From an uncultured Clostridia bacterium (GTDB lineage: Bacteria > Bacillota > Clostridia > TANB77 > CAG-508): 55,924 nt of DNA. The stretch is taken from contig CANPWV010000006.1 in assembly GCA_947585105.1 (NCBI GenBank), forward strand, positions 1-55,924. Direction: 5' to 3'. Below the pieces are notes generated by a model that saw nothing but the letters and a program-made list of their open reading frames with translations, had not been told where the DNA came from and did no database searches. The translations under genes and the position numbers were made by a program. Position 1 is the stretch's first letter. Every line of letters begins with the position of its first letter. Positions 21,257 through 33,208 of this stretch are shown here, one piece after another.

Positions 21257-22834
21257 TGAAATCTTTTTTAGAATGGTTTAAAGCTGGTACAAAAGTAAAA
21301 AGATGGATATTTTTAATCGTAGTAGGAATTACTTTAGTTTGTTATGCGTTTGCGCAAGTTTTAACTTGTGACACTATTAATATAAAAGACATTATAGGAA
21401 AAATTATAATAACTTTTGTTATTGGATTTGTCGCTATTATCGTTGGAATTATTTTTATTCAAAAGAGAAATCTTGAAATATTAATTGAAGCAAATGATGT
21501 AAATTCTGAAAAGCGAAAAAACGCTAAAGTTAATATAAAATCATTGATATTTAATAGAAAAGTTTATGATGAAGGGCCAAAAATTGTTGTAATTGGCGGT
21601 GGAGAAGGTTTAAATACGGTAATTCGTGGACTTAAAAAATACACAAATAATATTACAGCGATAGTCACAATGTCTGATTATGGAGAAGATCCTAGCCGTT
21701 CTAGAGAAATGTTAGAAACATTGCCAATGGAAGACATTAAAGGAAGTATATCTGCTCTTTCTGAACAAGAAAAATTAATGTCAAAACTTATGAATTTTAA
21801 TTTTAAAGATGATAGATTAAAAGACCTAAATTTTGGCGATATTTATATGCTTGCTATGAGTGAGATTTATGATAATGTTCCAGAGGCGATTAGAAAAAGT
21901 ACAGAAGTATTAAATATTACTGGACAAGTTTTACCTGTAACTCTAGATGAGATAAAGATTTGCGCTGAACTTACAGATGGAACTACTATCGAAAGAAAAA
22001 GTAATATTTTGAAAGTAGTTTCAGAAAAAATAGAAACTATAAATAGAGTTTATATTAGTCCATCAAATTGTAGACCAGCTCCCGGTGTTTTGGAAGCAAT
22101 AAGTAAAGCTGAGGCTATTATAATTGGTCCTCGGAAGTTTGTACACAAATGTTATTCCAAATTTGCTTGTTAAAAATGTTGCAAAAACGATTAAAGAAAC
22201 AAAAGCTATAAAATTATATATTTCAAATATTATGACAGAACCGGGACAGACTGATAATTATACACTTTCAGACCATATTAGAGTTTTACATTCACATGTT
22301 GGAAGAGGAATAATTGATTATTGCTTAGCAGATACAGCTGATCTTATTCCAGAATATGTTAGAAAATATAACATGGAAGGTTCTGATATTGTTGAACTTG
22401 ATAGTTCAAAAGTTACATCACAAGGAATTAAGCTTATTAAAAGAGATTTAGCTTGTGTAGAATCTGGTGGAGTTATTAGACATAATCCAGATAAAGTAGC
22501 TAAAGTTATAATGGAACTTATTTGTAATGAGCTTAAATTTAAAGATTTACAAAATGATCCAGAATATATGCTTGTAGAATCAGTGTTAAAAAATCAAAAG
22601 AAATATATTGCTAAACTTGAAAAGAAAAGCAAAAAGCAAAAATCTATCGTAAAAAAAGCTACAAATAAAGTTGATAAAAAGAAATCAAAGAGTAAATTTG
22701 CTACAAAATATAAAGACAGAGTTAAAGCAATTCAAAACTCTGATACTCAGACAATTGAAAATAGAAAGATTGCTGAAGAAATTGCTAAAATGGAGGCAAA
22801 GCTAAATAAAAAAGTAAAATCAAAAGAAAAATAA
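21256..22834 (+). CDS. yvcK: YvcK/GlmR (CofD-like) protein with N-terminal TM segments; CGG +1 shift at 22132
   Basis: VVIGGGEG. The shift restores GPGSLYTNVIPNLL. NIMTEPGQT. Confidence 0.92.
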
Positions 22835-22851
22835 ATTTATAGGGGTTACAA

Positions 22852-24901
22852 ATGAAATTTTTAGAAGAAGATTTGAATTTAAAAAATGGACTTGGAAAAG
22901 AGTGGATCATTTCAAATGGTCTTGGTGCTTTTTGTAGTAGTTCTATAATTGGAGCTAATACTAGAAGATATCATGGACTACTTGTTGCTCCACTTTTACC
23001 ACCAGCAAAAAGATATGTTCTAATTTCAAAACTTGATGAAACTTTGAAAATCGGAGACAAAAGTTTTGACTTGTTTACAAATGTCTGTGAAAACTATGTC
23101 TCAAGCGGTTTTAAATATCAAGAAAGCTTTGAAAAAATATATGTTCCAGAATTTATTTATAAAATTGGAAATGTAAAAATAACTAAAAATATTTCTATGA
23201 TTTATGGAAAAAATATAGTTTGCGTAACATATAAAATTCAAGGATTAAAAGAAGATGGAAGTTTAACACTTACTCCAATAGTTAATTTTAGAGATTTCCA
23301 TAGCTTAAATACAAATCATAATTATTCATTAAAACAAAAAATTGATAAAAGCAAAGTTCGTGTTGAAGTTGATGGAAATGGCGCAATACCAATTTATATG
23401 TATGTAAATAATTCTAATTATATTGAACATTTTAATGATAATTTTAAGAATATGTATTACATAAAAGAAGAAGAAAGAGGATTTTATCCAGAAGAAGATT
23501 TGGCTGTTCCTGGAAGATTTGAAATTCCTCTAAAAGCTGGGGAAGAAAATAAAATATCTTTTATAGGATCTTTGGAAGAAAATATTGAAGAAATAGATGG
23601 TTTCAAAGTTGTAGAAGATGAGGAAAAAAGACTAAAAGATATTGAAAAACAAGCAAATTTAGATTTGAAGCCTGAAAAAATGACAAAGAAATATAAAGAT
23701 TATAATGAATTTATGGACAAGCTTGTAAGAGCTACAGATTCTTTTATTATATATAGACCATCATTTATGTTACATTCTATGCTTGCTGGTTTTCCTTGGT
23801 TTTTAGACTGGGGAAGAGATTCTATGATTGCTTATGAAGGAATATTTTTACTTACTAAAAGATTTGATTTAGCTAGAGAAATCTTGCTTACATATACTAG
23901 AGATATAAAATTTGGATTAGTTCCAAATGGCTATTCTGGTTATGATAATAGACCACTTTATAATAGTGTAGATAGTTCACTTTTGTTATTTGAGCAAGTT
24001 AATAAATTCTTAAAATATACAAATGACTATGATTTCATAAAAGAAAATATTTATGAAAAATTAAAATTAGTAATTTCAAACTATGAAAAAGGAATTGATT
24101 TAGACAATAATAATATTTATATTGATAAGACAGACGGGTTATTAGTATCACGGAACTCCAAATACTCAGAACACTTGGATGGATGTAAAGATTGGCGATT
24201 TTGCTGTAACTCCAAGAAACGGAAAAGTTGTTGAAATAAACGCGCTTTGGTATAACGCTTTAAAAACATTAGAATATTTGGCAAAAAAATTTGATGATGA
24301 AGAATTAGAAAAAGAGCTTAAATCAAAGGCTTCAGCTCATAAAAAGAGCTTCAATAAAAAGTTTTATAATGAAAAGAAAAATTCTTTATATGATGTATTA
24401 GAAGATGAAAAAGTAAGACCAAATCAGTTATTTGCTTTTGCCACAAAATATCCGGTTTGGGATTTTAAAAATGAAAATACAATGAAGATTTTTGAAACAA
24501 TAGATAATGAGCTTTTATTAAAACACGGATTAAGAACACTTTCAAAATTTGACAAAGATTATATTCCAGAATATAGTGGGGACAGTAGAAAGAGAGATAG
24601 TAGTTATCATCAAGGTGTTCCTTGGCCATGGCTTTTAGGTTTATATTTTGATAGTTTAAAAAATCTGATTTCAAATGAAAAAGATAAAATAAAGAAACAA
24701 GTTTTACAAGATAAATTAAATGATTTTATAGAAACTACTTACAATACTTTTAGAAAGGAAATCGATAAAGAAGAAGGAATAGGAAGTATATCAGAATTAT
24801 ATGACTCTAAACCTCCATATAAACCAGGAGGAACACCATCACAGGCTTGGAGCATATCTGAAGTTCTTCGTATTTCCTATGAATATAAAGATTTAATTTA
24901 A
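22852..24901 (+). CDS. Glycogen debranching enzyme (amylo-alpha-1,6-glucosidase); CGG +1 shift at 24151
   Basis: RRYHGLL, AGFPWFLDWGRD. The shift gives SGTPNTQNTWMD, then GKVVEINALWYN, YHQG, QAWS. Confidence 0.92.
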
Positions 24902-24911
24902 GGTTTTGTTT

Positions 24912-25839
24912 ATGAGAAATGACACAGAATTTTACAAGATGATAAAGAAAATATGCGATGAAAAAGAAATCTTTATGAGAGAAGCTTCTTTCGGTTATGT
25001 GACAGAACTTTCAAAAGATGGAAAAGTTCGTCATATTGTTGGAGAAATGTTAGAACTAAATAGTGCTTCAAGTTATAAGATAGCTAGTGATAAATTTGCT
25101 TGTTATAGCGCTTTAGTTCAAAATGAAATTCCTAGTATAAAATATAATATGATTTTTAATCCAGAAACTAGAAGCAAATATGAAAATGATGATGTAAAAA
25201 AAGCGATTATTTTATTTAATAGTTACGGAAAAAAGGCTATTTTAAAGGCAAATAATTCTTCTGAAGGAAAAGATGTTTTTTATATAACATCTGAAGAGGA
25301 GCTTAAAAAGAAAATTATTTATGAATTTGCCAAACGGACAAGATAGCGTAAGTATTTGTCCATTTTACAATATTGGTTATGAATATAGAGCAATATTCTT
25401 AGATGGTGAAATTATATTTTGCTTCAAAAAAGAAAAGCCTTATGTTATAGGTGATGGAAAGAAAAATTTAAGAGATCTTGTTTCAAATTTAGATGTGACA
25501 GATTTTTATGAATATTTAGATTTTGATTATATTCCAAAAGAAGGCGAGAAAGTTGAAATTTCATGGAAACATAATTTAGCTTTAGGTGGAGTTCCAAATT
25601 TAGAAATTGATGATAATACTAGAAAAAGAGTATATGATTTAGCAAAAAGGGCTGGAAATTCAATTGGAATAAAGTTTGCGAGTATTGATATTGCTGAGAT
25701 TAAAGATAATAATGAATTACTTGTAATGGAGATTAATTCTACAGTCTCTATGAACAAATTTGCAAGTATTGTTTCAAACGGGTTACAAATTGAATACGAA
25801 ATCTTTTCAAAATCGATAGATAAAATGTTTGAGGCTTAA
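24912..25839 (+). CDS. ATP-grasp (RimK-like) ligase; CGG +1 shift at 25335
   Basis: DKFACY, LKANNSSEGKDV, EYR, HNLALGG, SIDI, MEINS. Confidence 0.8.
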
Positions 25840-25844
25840 AAGCC

Positions 25845-25873
25845 TTGACATTTTTTTCTTTTTTTTATATACT
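25845..25873 (+). promoter_or_regulatory. Sigma-A promoter
   Basis: TTGACA-17 bp-TATACT. Confidence 0.7.
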
Positions 25874-25908
25874 TTACTTGTATAAAAAGGAAAAATTTGG
25901 AGGAAAAA

Positions 25909-27369
25909 ATGAACAAAAGAATAAGAAAACTTTTATTTTTTATTATAGTTTTTAATATAATTTTATTTTTGTTTACTACGAAGACATTTGCTAGAGAAAT
26001 ATCAGAAGATATTGATTCAATAGATGATAGCCAATATCCTGGAATTAAAGCTATGATACAAGATTTAAAATCAAGACACCCAAATTGGAAGTTTAAAGTT
26101 GAATATACAAATCTTAGTTGGGAAGAAGTAATAAACGCTGAACATCAAGGCCATAGTGCATCTGTTAGTCCTTCAAATCTTGTTCAAGCTGATTCTCCTA
26201 GTTATGGAGGTCTTTGGATTTGCGAGATCTGTGAAAATCAGAGATATGATACAGGAAGTTGGTATTGCGCTTCTGTAGAAGCTTTAGAATATATGATGGA
26301 TCCTAGAAATTCTTTAAATGATTCAGATTTATTCCAATTTATGCAATTATCTGGTTTTGACAATTTTGATAATGAAACAGTTAGAAATACTTTGAAGCAA
26401 ATGGCTTCAAAATATCCTTTAATAAATGATGAATGTATAAATGCTACGATTGAGGCTGCAAATACATATAAAGTTGATCCATATTACATAATGGCAAAAA
26501 TATTAGAAGAGCAATCTGTAACTTCTCCTTTATATACAGGTGAAGGTTATAACGGTCTTTATAAAGGTTATTATAATTTATTTAATATAGGAGCTACTGC
26601 TACATCTGGAAATCGAGGAGATGTAATTATAAATGGATTATCTTACGCTGCTTCACAAAATTGGGATTCAAAATCAGCTTCTATTAAAGGCGGAGTTCAA
26701 ATAATTGCTAAAAATTATATTTCTCAAGAGCAAGATACTTTATATTATCAAAAGTTTGATGTAATAGGTGATTCAAAATATGAACACCAATATCAGCAAA
26801 ATGTTTTAGGAGCTCAAACAGCTGGCTCAAATTTGAAAAAATTATATTCTACTTATGATCCAAATTTAAATAACAATTATAGTTTTATAATTCCTTTATA
26901 TAGGGGAACTCCTAGTGAGAAGTGTCCAAGACCAGCTATAGATAGACAACATACATTATCAAGTTTAAATGGGATTGCAGGTGACGTAAATGGAGACAAT
27001 CAAGTAAACATAGGTGATGTCATATATTTAATTAATTATATAAATGGAAAAGTACAAATTCCTGACAATAAACTTCCACTTGCTAGAGTTTGTGGAAATA
27101 ATAATTTGACAATAGGTGATGCTATTTTATTAATAAATTATATAAACGGAAAAGCGGTTTTGAAAAATGTCGGAGTTATTACTTCTACTCTAAATCAAAC
27201 TACAACAGTAAAATTATTACCAAATGGTTCAGACTATAAAAACATATCACAAGGAATGGAAATAAAAATTTTAAAATTAGCTGAAAGCCCTGTTGCTGAT
27301 GTTTACTGGGATTTAGTTGTAGGCTCAAATGGCGTATATGGCTATATTCCTAGAAATAATTATAACTAA
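25909..27369 (+). CDS. Secreted glucosaminidase-like cell-wall hydrolase with dockerin and SH3-like C-terminus
   Basis: YMMDPRN, YYNLFNIGA, QDTLYYQKF, HQYQQNV; GDVNGDNQVNIGDVIYLINYI dockerin. Confidence 0.8.
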   Translation: MNKRIRKLLFFIIVFNIILFLFTTKTFAREISEDIDSIDDSQYPGIKAMIQDLKSRHPNWKFKVEYTNLSWEEVINAEHQGHSASVSPSNLVQADSPSYGGLWICEICENQRYDTGSWYCASVEALEYMMDPRNSLNDSDLFQFMQLSGFDNFDNETVRNTLKQMASKYPLINDECINATIEAANTYKVDPYYIMAKILEEQSVTSPLYTGEGYNGLYKGYYNLFNIGATATSGNRGDVIINGLSYAASQNWDSKSASIKGGVQIIAKNYISQEQDTLYYQKFDVIGDSKYEHQYQQNVLGAQTAGSNLKKLYSTYDPNLNNNYSFIIPLYRGTPSEKCPRPAIDRQHTLSSLNGIAGDVNGDNQVNIGDVIYLINYINGKVQIPDNKLPLARVCGNNNLTIGDAILLINYINGKAVLKNVGVITSTLNQTTTVKLLPNGSDYKNISQGMEIKILKLAESPVADVYWDLVVGSNGVYGYIPRNNYN

Positions 27370-27387
27370 AGTTTTAGGAGATTGTAA

Positions 27388-28632
27388 ATGAAGAAAAATA
27401 AGTTAAATATTGCTTTAATAATATTAATAATTATTGTAGCTTTTTTGGTTATTTTAGAACTTACTACAGGTTTAGTTTCAAAAGGATTTAATTCATTAAA
27501 ACATTCATTTTTTAGATTAGTTGGAATTGAATCTAAAGAAGGAAATTCTACTGGAAATATAAATAATTATGGTTATATAACAGAAGATAATAAATATTTA
27601 TATTATATGTGTCCTGTTGAAAACGGGAAATATGTAGGAATTGCTAAAGTTAACAAAAAAGATTTAACAGGTCCTCAAACAATTCTAGTTAAAGGAACAT
27701 GGGAACTAACAAGTGTTAATTCTTATGGAGATTATATTTATTTTGTTACTTTAAGTCAAAACGAAGTTGACGAAAATGACGAAAAAGCTGACGAAGTAGA
27801 TAATAAAATTCATAGAGTAAGTAAAAGCGGAGATCAGAAAGACGAAATTTTAAATGATAATGAATTTCACAATTATGATTATAAAATGACTGTAATAGGC
27901 GGAAAAATCTATTATATAGGCGAAGACGAATGTATATGGTATATGGACTTAAATGGAAAAAATAAAAAGAAACTAAACAACAATAAAACAGGTTTTGAAG
28001 CAATTAGTGATAAATATATTTTATATAATCTTCCAAAAATGAAAGATGGAGAAGAATTACCAGTTTCATATATAATGGATAGAAACGGAAAAAATCAAAG
28101 AGAAATAAATGGAGATAAAATTTATACTCCAGTTATTTATAATAATTATATTTTTTATTTAACAGAAGATAGATATATCCATAGAGTAGGCGTAGATGGA
28201 AAAAATGATATAATGTTATCTGACTCAAAAGCTTATAATTTAAATGTTTCTGATGATGGAGTTTTTTATTTAGATTATGTTTATTCAAGTGATAACGAAA
28301 TAGAAGCTTTAGCTATTTATAGAATGGATTTTGATGGAAAAAATAATAAGAAAATATATGAATTAAAAGAAAGTACAAATTCAGTTTGCTTATTAAAAGA
28401 TTGGGTATTTTTCATAGATAGTGATGAAGACAGTATGTATATGGACATAGTTTCGCCAGATGGAAAGCAACATATAAATTTAATTACATTAGATTTTGCT
28501 GACTATTATTATTTAGAAGATTTATTAGAAGAAAGAAAAAATGAAATTGCAGAAGGTGAAGAAAATAGTTCAGGAGAAGATACAAATAATCAAGTAGAAA
28601 ATAACAATGTTTCAAACGAAGTTCAAAATTAA
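27388..28632 (+). CDS. DUF5050-like beta-propeller membrane-anchored protein
   Basis: [11 protein letters not shown] and repeated IYY/IYR..LDG blades. Confidence 0.75.
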   Translation: MKKNKLNIALIILIIIVAFLVILELTTGLVSKGFNSLKHSFFRLVGIESKEGNSTGNINNYGYITEDNKYLYYMCPVENGKYVGIAKVNKKDLTGPQTILVKGTWELTSVNSYGDYIYFVTLSQNEVDENDEKADEVDNKIHRVSKSGDQKDEILNDNEFHNYDYKMTVIGGKIYYIGEDECIWYMDLNGKNKKKLNNNKTGFEAISDKYILYNLPKMKDGEELPVSYIMDRNGKNQREINGDKIYTPVIYNNYIFYLTEDRYIHRVGVDGKNDIMLSDSKAYNLNVSDDGVFYLDYVYSSDNEIEALAIYRMDFDGKNNKKIYELKESTNSVCLLKDWVFFIDSDEDSMYMDIVSPDGKQHINLITLDFADYYYLEDLLEERKNEIAEGEENSSGEDTNNQVENNNVSNEVQN

Positions 28633-28655
28633 TAAAGAAAGAGGGGATTTTAAAA

Positions 28656-30164
28656 ATGGCAAAAATTTTAGAGGATATTTCAAGAACATTTAACGAATTT
28701 TTACTTTTACCAAATTTAACAGACGAAAGATGTATTCCAAGTAATGTAAGCTTAAAAACACCACTTGTAAAATTTAAGAAAGGTGAAGAGCCAAAATTAT
28801 CTTTAAATATTCCAATGGTTTCAGCTATTATGCAGTCTGTTTCAGGAGAAAAAATGGCAATAAGCCTAGCTCGTGAAGGAGGATGTTCTTTTATATATGG
28901 TGCTCAAACAATAGAGTCACAAGCTGAAATGGTAAGAAATGTTAAAAAATATAAAGCTGGTTTTATTACAAGTGATTCAAATGTTAGATTAGATACTACT
29001 CTTCGTGAAGTTTTAGATTTAATAGAAAGAACTGGTCATTCAACAGTTATGATAACTGATAATGGAGAACCAAATGGAAAATTTTTAGGATTAGTTACAG
29101 ATAAAGATTATAGAGTTTCTAGATTAAACTTAGATGATACAATTGAAAAATATATGGTTCCAAAGGAAAAAATTGTTTACGCAAATAAAGGAATAACTCT
29201 TCATGAAGCAAACGATCTTATTTGGGAAAATAAAATAAGTTGCTTACCAATATTAGATAACAATGGAAATCTTGATAGCTTAGTGTTTAGAAAAGATTAT
29301 GAATCAGATAAGGAAAATCCATATTCTTTATTAGACGATAACAAGAGATTCATAGTAGGAGCTGGAATAAATACTAGAGATTATGAAAAAAGAATACCAG
29401 CTTTAGTAGATAGCGGTGTTGACTTGATTTGTATGGATTCATCAGATGGCTATTCTGTATGGCAAAAGAAAACTATCGACTGGGTTAGAGCAAATTATGG
29501 AGATAGCGTAAAAATCGGAGCTGGAAATATAGTTGATAAAGAAGGATTTTATTATTTAGCAGAAGCTGGGGCTGACTTTATTAAAGTTGGTGTAGGTGGA
29601 GGCTCAATTTGTATTACTCGTGAGACAAAAGGAATTGGACGTGGACAAGCAAGCGCTTTAATAGATGTTGTTGAAGCTAGAGACGAATATTATGAAAGAA
29701 CAGGAATTTACATTCCAATTTGTTCAGATGGTGGAATTGTTCATGATCATCATATTACTCTTGCTCTTGCAATGGGCGCTGACTTTGTTATGATGGGTAG
29801 ATATTTTGCTCGTTTTGATGAAAGCCCAACAAGAAAATTAAAAATAAATGGAACTTTTGTTAAAGAATATTGGGGCGAAGGTTCAAATAGAGCTAGAAAC
29901 TGGCAAAGATATGATATGGGAGGAGAAGCTAAAAATAAATTAGCTTTTGAAGAAGGTGTTGACTCTTATATTCCTTACGCTGGTTCATTAAAAGACAATA
30001 TTGATATTACAATTAGCAAGATAAAATCTACAATGTGCAATTGTGGAAGTATTACAATTCCTGAATTACATGAAAAAGCTAGATTTACTCTTGTTTCAAA
30101 CGTAAGTATCAAAGAAGGACAAGCTCATGACGTTATTCTAAAAGATATTCAAGTAGGACAATAA
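28656..30164 (+). CDS. guaB: IMP dehydrogenase
   Basis: [11 protein letters not shown] pair, [22 protein letters not shown]. Confidence 0.97.
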   Translation: MAKILEDISRTFNEFLLLPNLTDERCIPSNVSLKTPLVKFKKGEEPKLSLNIPMVSAIMQSVSGEKMAISLAREGGCSFIYGAQTIESQAEMVRNVKKYKAGFITSDSNVRLDTTLREVLDLIERTGHSTVMITDNGEPNGKFLGLVTDKDYRVSRLNLDDTIEKYMVPKEKIVYANKGITLHEANDLIWENKISCLPILDNNGNLDSLVFRKDYESDKENPYSLLDDNKRFIVGAGINTRDYEKRIPALVDSGVDLICMDSSDGYSVWQKKTIDWVRANYGDSVKIGAGNIVDKEGFYYLAEAGADFIKVGVGGGSICITRETKGIGRGQASALIDVVEARDEYYERTGIYIPICSDGGIVHDHHITLALAMGADFVMMGRYFARFDESPTRKLKINGTFVKEYWGEGSNRARNWQRYDMGGEAKNKLAFEEGVDSYIPYAGSLKDNIDITISKIKSTMCNCGSITIPELHEKARFTLVSNVSIKEGQAHDVILKDIQVGQ

Positions 30165-30176
30165 AAGGAGATTTTT

Positions 30177-31711
30177 ATGGAAGATGAAAAAATTTTAATA
30201 ATTGACTTCTATGGTCAATATAATCAATTAATAGCGAGACGTGTAAGAGAATGTAATGTTTATTCTGAAATAGTTCCATATACTACTCCAATTGAAAAAA
30301 TAATAGAGAAAAAACCAAAGGGAATTATTTTTACAGGTGGACCTGCAAGTGTTTATTTACCTGATTCTCCAACAATTGATAAAAAAATTTTTGAACTTGG
30401 AATTCCTGTTTTGGGAATTTGTTATGGAATGCAACTTATGACAAATCTACTTCGGTGGAGTTGTTGAAAAAGCTGGAAAAAGAGAATATGGAACAACAAA
30501 AGTTTATATTAACAATAATTCAAAATTGTTTAAAGGTTTACTTGACGAAAATGACTGTTTAATGAGCCATACAGATAAAGTTACAATTTTACCAACTAAT
30601 TTTAAAAATATTGGTTATAGTGATAATTGCCAAAACGCTGCTATGGAAAATGAAGAAAAGAAATTATATGGAATTCAATTCCATCCAGAAGTAAATCACA
30701 CAAACCGTGGAACAGAAATTATAAGAAATTTCGTTTATAATGTTTGTGAATGCCACGGAAACTGGAAAATGAGTTCATTTGTAGAAAATACAGTAAAAGA
30801 CTTAAAAGAAAAAATAGGTGATGGAAAAGCTTTATGCGCTTTATCAGGCGGAGTTGATTCATCAGTAGCTAGCGCTCTTTTAAGTAAAGCAATAGGAAAA
30901 AATTTAACTTGTATTTTTGTTGATCATGGATTACTTAGAAAAAATGAAGCAGATGAAGTTGAAGAAGTTTTCAAAAATACAGATGTTAATTTTATAAGAG
31001 TTGACGCAAAAGCTAGATTTTTAGAAAAATTAAAAGGTGTAGAAGATCCTGAACAAAAAAGAAAAATAATTGGTGAAGAATTTATTAGACTTTTTGAAGA
31101 AGAGGCTAAAAAAATTGGAACAGTTGATTTTCTAGTTCAAGGAACTATTTATCCAGATGTTATTGAAAGTGGAACAGGAATAGGAAACAAGATAAAATCA
31201 CATCATAATGTTGGTGGACTTCCAGACTATGTTGATTTTAAAGAAATAGTAGAGCCACTAAGAGATTTATTTAAAGATGAAGTAAGGCAAGTTGGTTTAG
31301 AGCTTGGTCTTCCAGAATATTTAGTATATCGCCAACCTTTCCCTGGACCTCGGTTTAGCTATTAGAATTATTGGAGATATTACTGAAGAGAAAATTAAAA
31401 TTTTACAAGAAGCTGATTATATTTGGAGAAGTGAAATTTCAAAAGCAGGTCTTGATAAAAACATAAATCAATATTTTGCAGTTCTTACAAATATGAGAAG
31501 TGTTGGAGTTATGGGTGATGAGCGTACTTATGATTATTGTTTAGCTCTTCGCGCAGTTGAAACTCAAGACTTTATGACAGCTTCATTTAGCAAAATTCCT
31601 TATGAAATTTTAGAGAAAGTTTCTACTAAAATTGTAAATGAAGTAAAACACATAAATCGTGTGGTATACGACATAACTTCAAAACCACCAGCAACTATAG
31701 AATGGGAATGA
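30177..31711 (+). CDS. guaA: GMP synthase as a single gene; CGG +1 shifts at 30453 and 31351
   Basis: [22 protein letters not shown]; QFHPEV; SGGVDS; KSHHNVGG; [13 protein letters not shown]; KPPATIEWE. Confidence 0.95.
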
Positions 31712-31731
31712 ATTTTTAGATATTAAGGTTT

Positions 31732-31881
31732 AATTAGAAAATATATATTCGACCAAGCGACCGCTGTGGGGACCGCCGAGTATACAAGCTATAGACTTTA
31801 AGGATTTTAGACTTCAAATCATTAAAGGTTATAGCTTGTACGAAGGTGGGAGGAGCTGGGAGAATATTATATTTTCTAATT
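31732..31881. other. About 150-nt long-hairpin element (candidate ncRNA or MITE)
   Basis: Outer IR AATTAGAAAATATATATTC / GAATATTATATTTTCTAATT; inner IR TACAAGCTATA / TATAGCTTGTA; GC-rich middle. Confidence 0.55.
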
Positions 31882-31920
31882 GAACGATTATTATATAAAA
31901 AAAGAAAGGATGAATAGAAT

Positions 31921-32691
31921 TTGAATATTTTAGCAGTTGGAGACATCGTTGGAAAAGGCGGTGTTGATAAACTAAAAATAGAATTGCCAAAATTGAAAGA
32001 AGAATATAAAATCGATTTTGTTATTGTAAATGGTGAAAACTCTGCTGACGGAATGGGACTTACAGAAAAATTATACAAAGAAATTTTAGAAGCTGGCGCA
32101 AACGTTGTTACAATGGGAAATCACACTTGGGCAAAAAAAGATATTTTTAATTTTATAGATGATGATAAAATTATAAGACCAGCAAATTATCCTGAAAATA
32201 ACCCAGGAGTAGGTTATAGAGTTTTTGATTGCAACGGAAAAAAGATAGCAGTAATAAATTTAATTGGAAGAGTGACTATGAATGTTTTATCTGAAAATCC
32301 ATTTGGTGTAGCAAAATACATTGTTGCTGGTTTAAGAGGAACAGTAGATTATATTTTTGTTGATTTTCATGGTGAAGCGACTGCTGAAAAAATTGCTTTT
32401 GCTCATTATATGGATGGAAAAGTAACTTGTGTTTTTGGTACACATACACATGTTCAAACTGCTGATGAACAAATTCTTCCAAACGGAACAGCTTTCATTT
32501 CAGACATTGGAATGACAGGACCTATAAATTCAGTAATTGGAATGGAAATAGAAGCTTCAATAAAAAGATTTGAGACATCACTTCCTGAAAAATACAAGAT
32601 AGCTGATGGAAAGCAAAAATTAAATTCTGTTTTATTTTGTACAAATGACGAGACAAAGCTAGTAGAAAAGATTGTCAGAATTAACAAATAA
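31921..32691 (+). CDS. ymdB: YmdB/TIGR00282 metallophosphoesterase
   Basis: GDIVG, NGEN, TMGNH, DFHGEATAEK, GTHTHVQTAD, DIGMTG. Confidence 0.95.
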   Translation: MNILAVGDIVGKGGVDKLKIELPKLKEEYKIDFVIVNGENSADGMGLTEKLYKEILEAGANVVTMGNHTWAKKDIFNFIDDDKIIRPANYPENNPGVGYRVFDCNGKKIAVINLIGRVTMNVLSENPFGVAKYIVAGLRGTVDYIFVDFHGEATAEKIAFAHYMDGKVTCVFGTHTHVQTADEQILPNGTAFISDIGMTGPINSVIGMEIEASIKRFETSLPEKYKIADGKQKLNSVLFCTNDETKLVEKIVRINK

Positions 32692-32693
32692 AC

Positions 32694-32731
32694 AAAAAAA
32701 CAGCTCTGAAAGTCTTCAGAGCTATTTTTTT
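32694..32731. terminator. Bidirectional terminator between ymdB and spoVS
   Basis: A-tract, AGCTCTGAA / TTCAGAGCT, T-tract. Confidence 0.75.
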
Positions 32732-32993
32732 ATGTTCTTGACTCTATAATTAATTTAATTCCAGTTCTTTCTTCGCCTTCTACCTGAACTTCGGCAAAAG
32801 CTGGAATACAGACTAAATCAACACCTGATGGGGCAACAAATCCCCTTGCTATTGCTACAGCTTTGATAGCTTGGTTTAGTGCACCGGCTCCTATTGCTTG
32901 CATTTCTGCTTTTGTACTTTCTTTTACCAATCCAGCGATTGCTCCTGCTACTGAATTTGGGTTTGATTTTGATGAAATTTTTAAAACTTCCAT
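32730..32993 (-). CDS. spoVS: Stage V sporulation protein S
   Basis: MEVLKISSKSNPNSVAGAIAG...QAIGAGALNQAIKAVAIARGF. Confidence 0.97.
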   Translation of the reverse strand: MEVLKISSKSNPNSVAGAIAGLVKESTKAEMQAIGAGALNQAIKAVAIARGFVAPSGVDLVCIPAFAEVQVEGEERTGIKLIIESRT

Positions 32994-33208
32994 TTTTTTC
33001 CTCCTATTACTTTAAATATTTTGTACTTAATATGCAATTATTTTACACTTAAAAAAGAATATTGTCTATACTTTTTTAAAAAATTTTTCAAAATTTTTGT
33101 TACAAATTTCGACAAAATGCGTAAGTAGGCCACGCGGAAAGAATAGTAACCAAAGTTTTGTGAGTTTCATAAAATAGTATATACAATTTTAAAAGGGGAA
33201 TTTTAAAA

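Noticed and set aside
26980-27150. Dockerin as evidence of a cellulosome
   Set aside because: It is a single dockerin on a cell-wall hydrolase, with no scaffoldin or cellulase in view.
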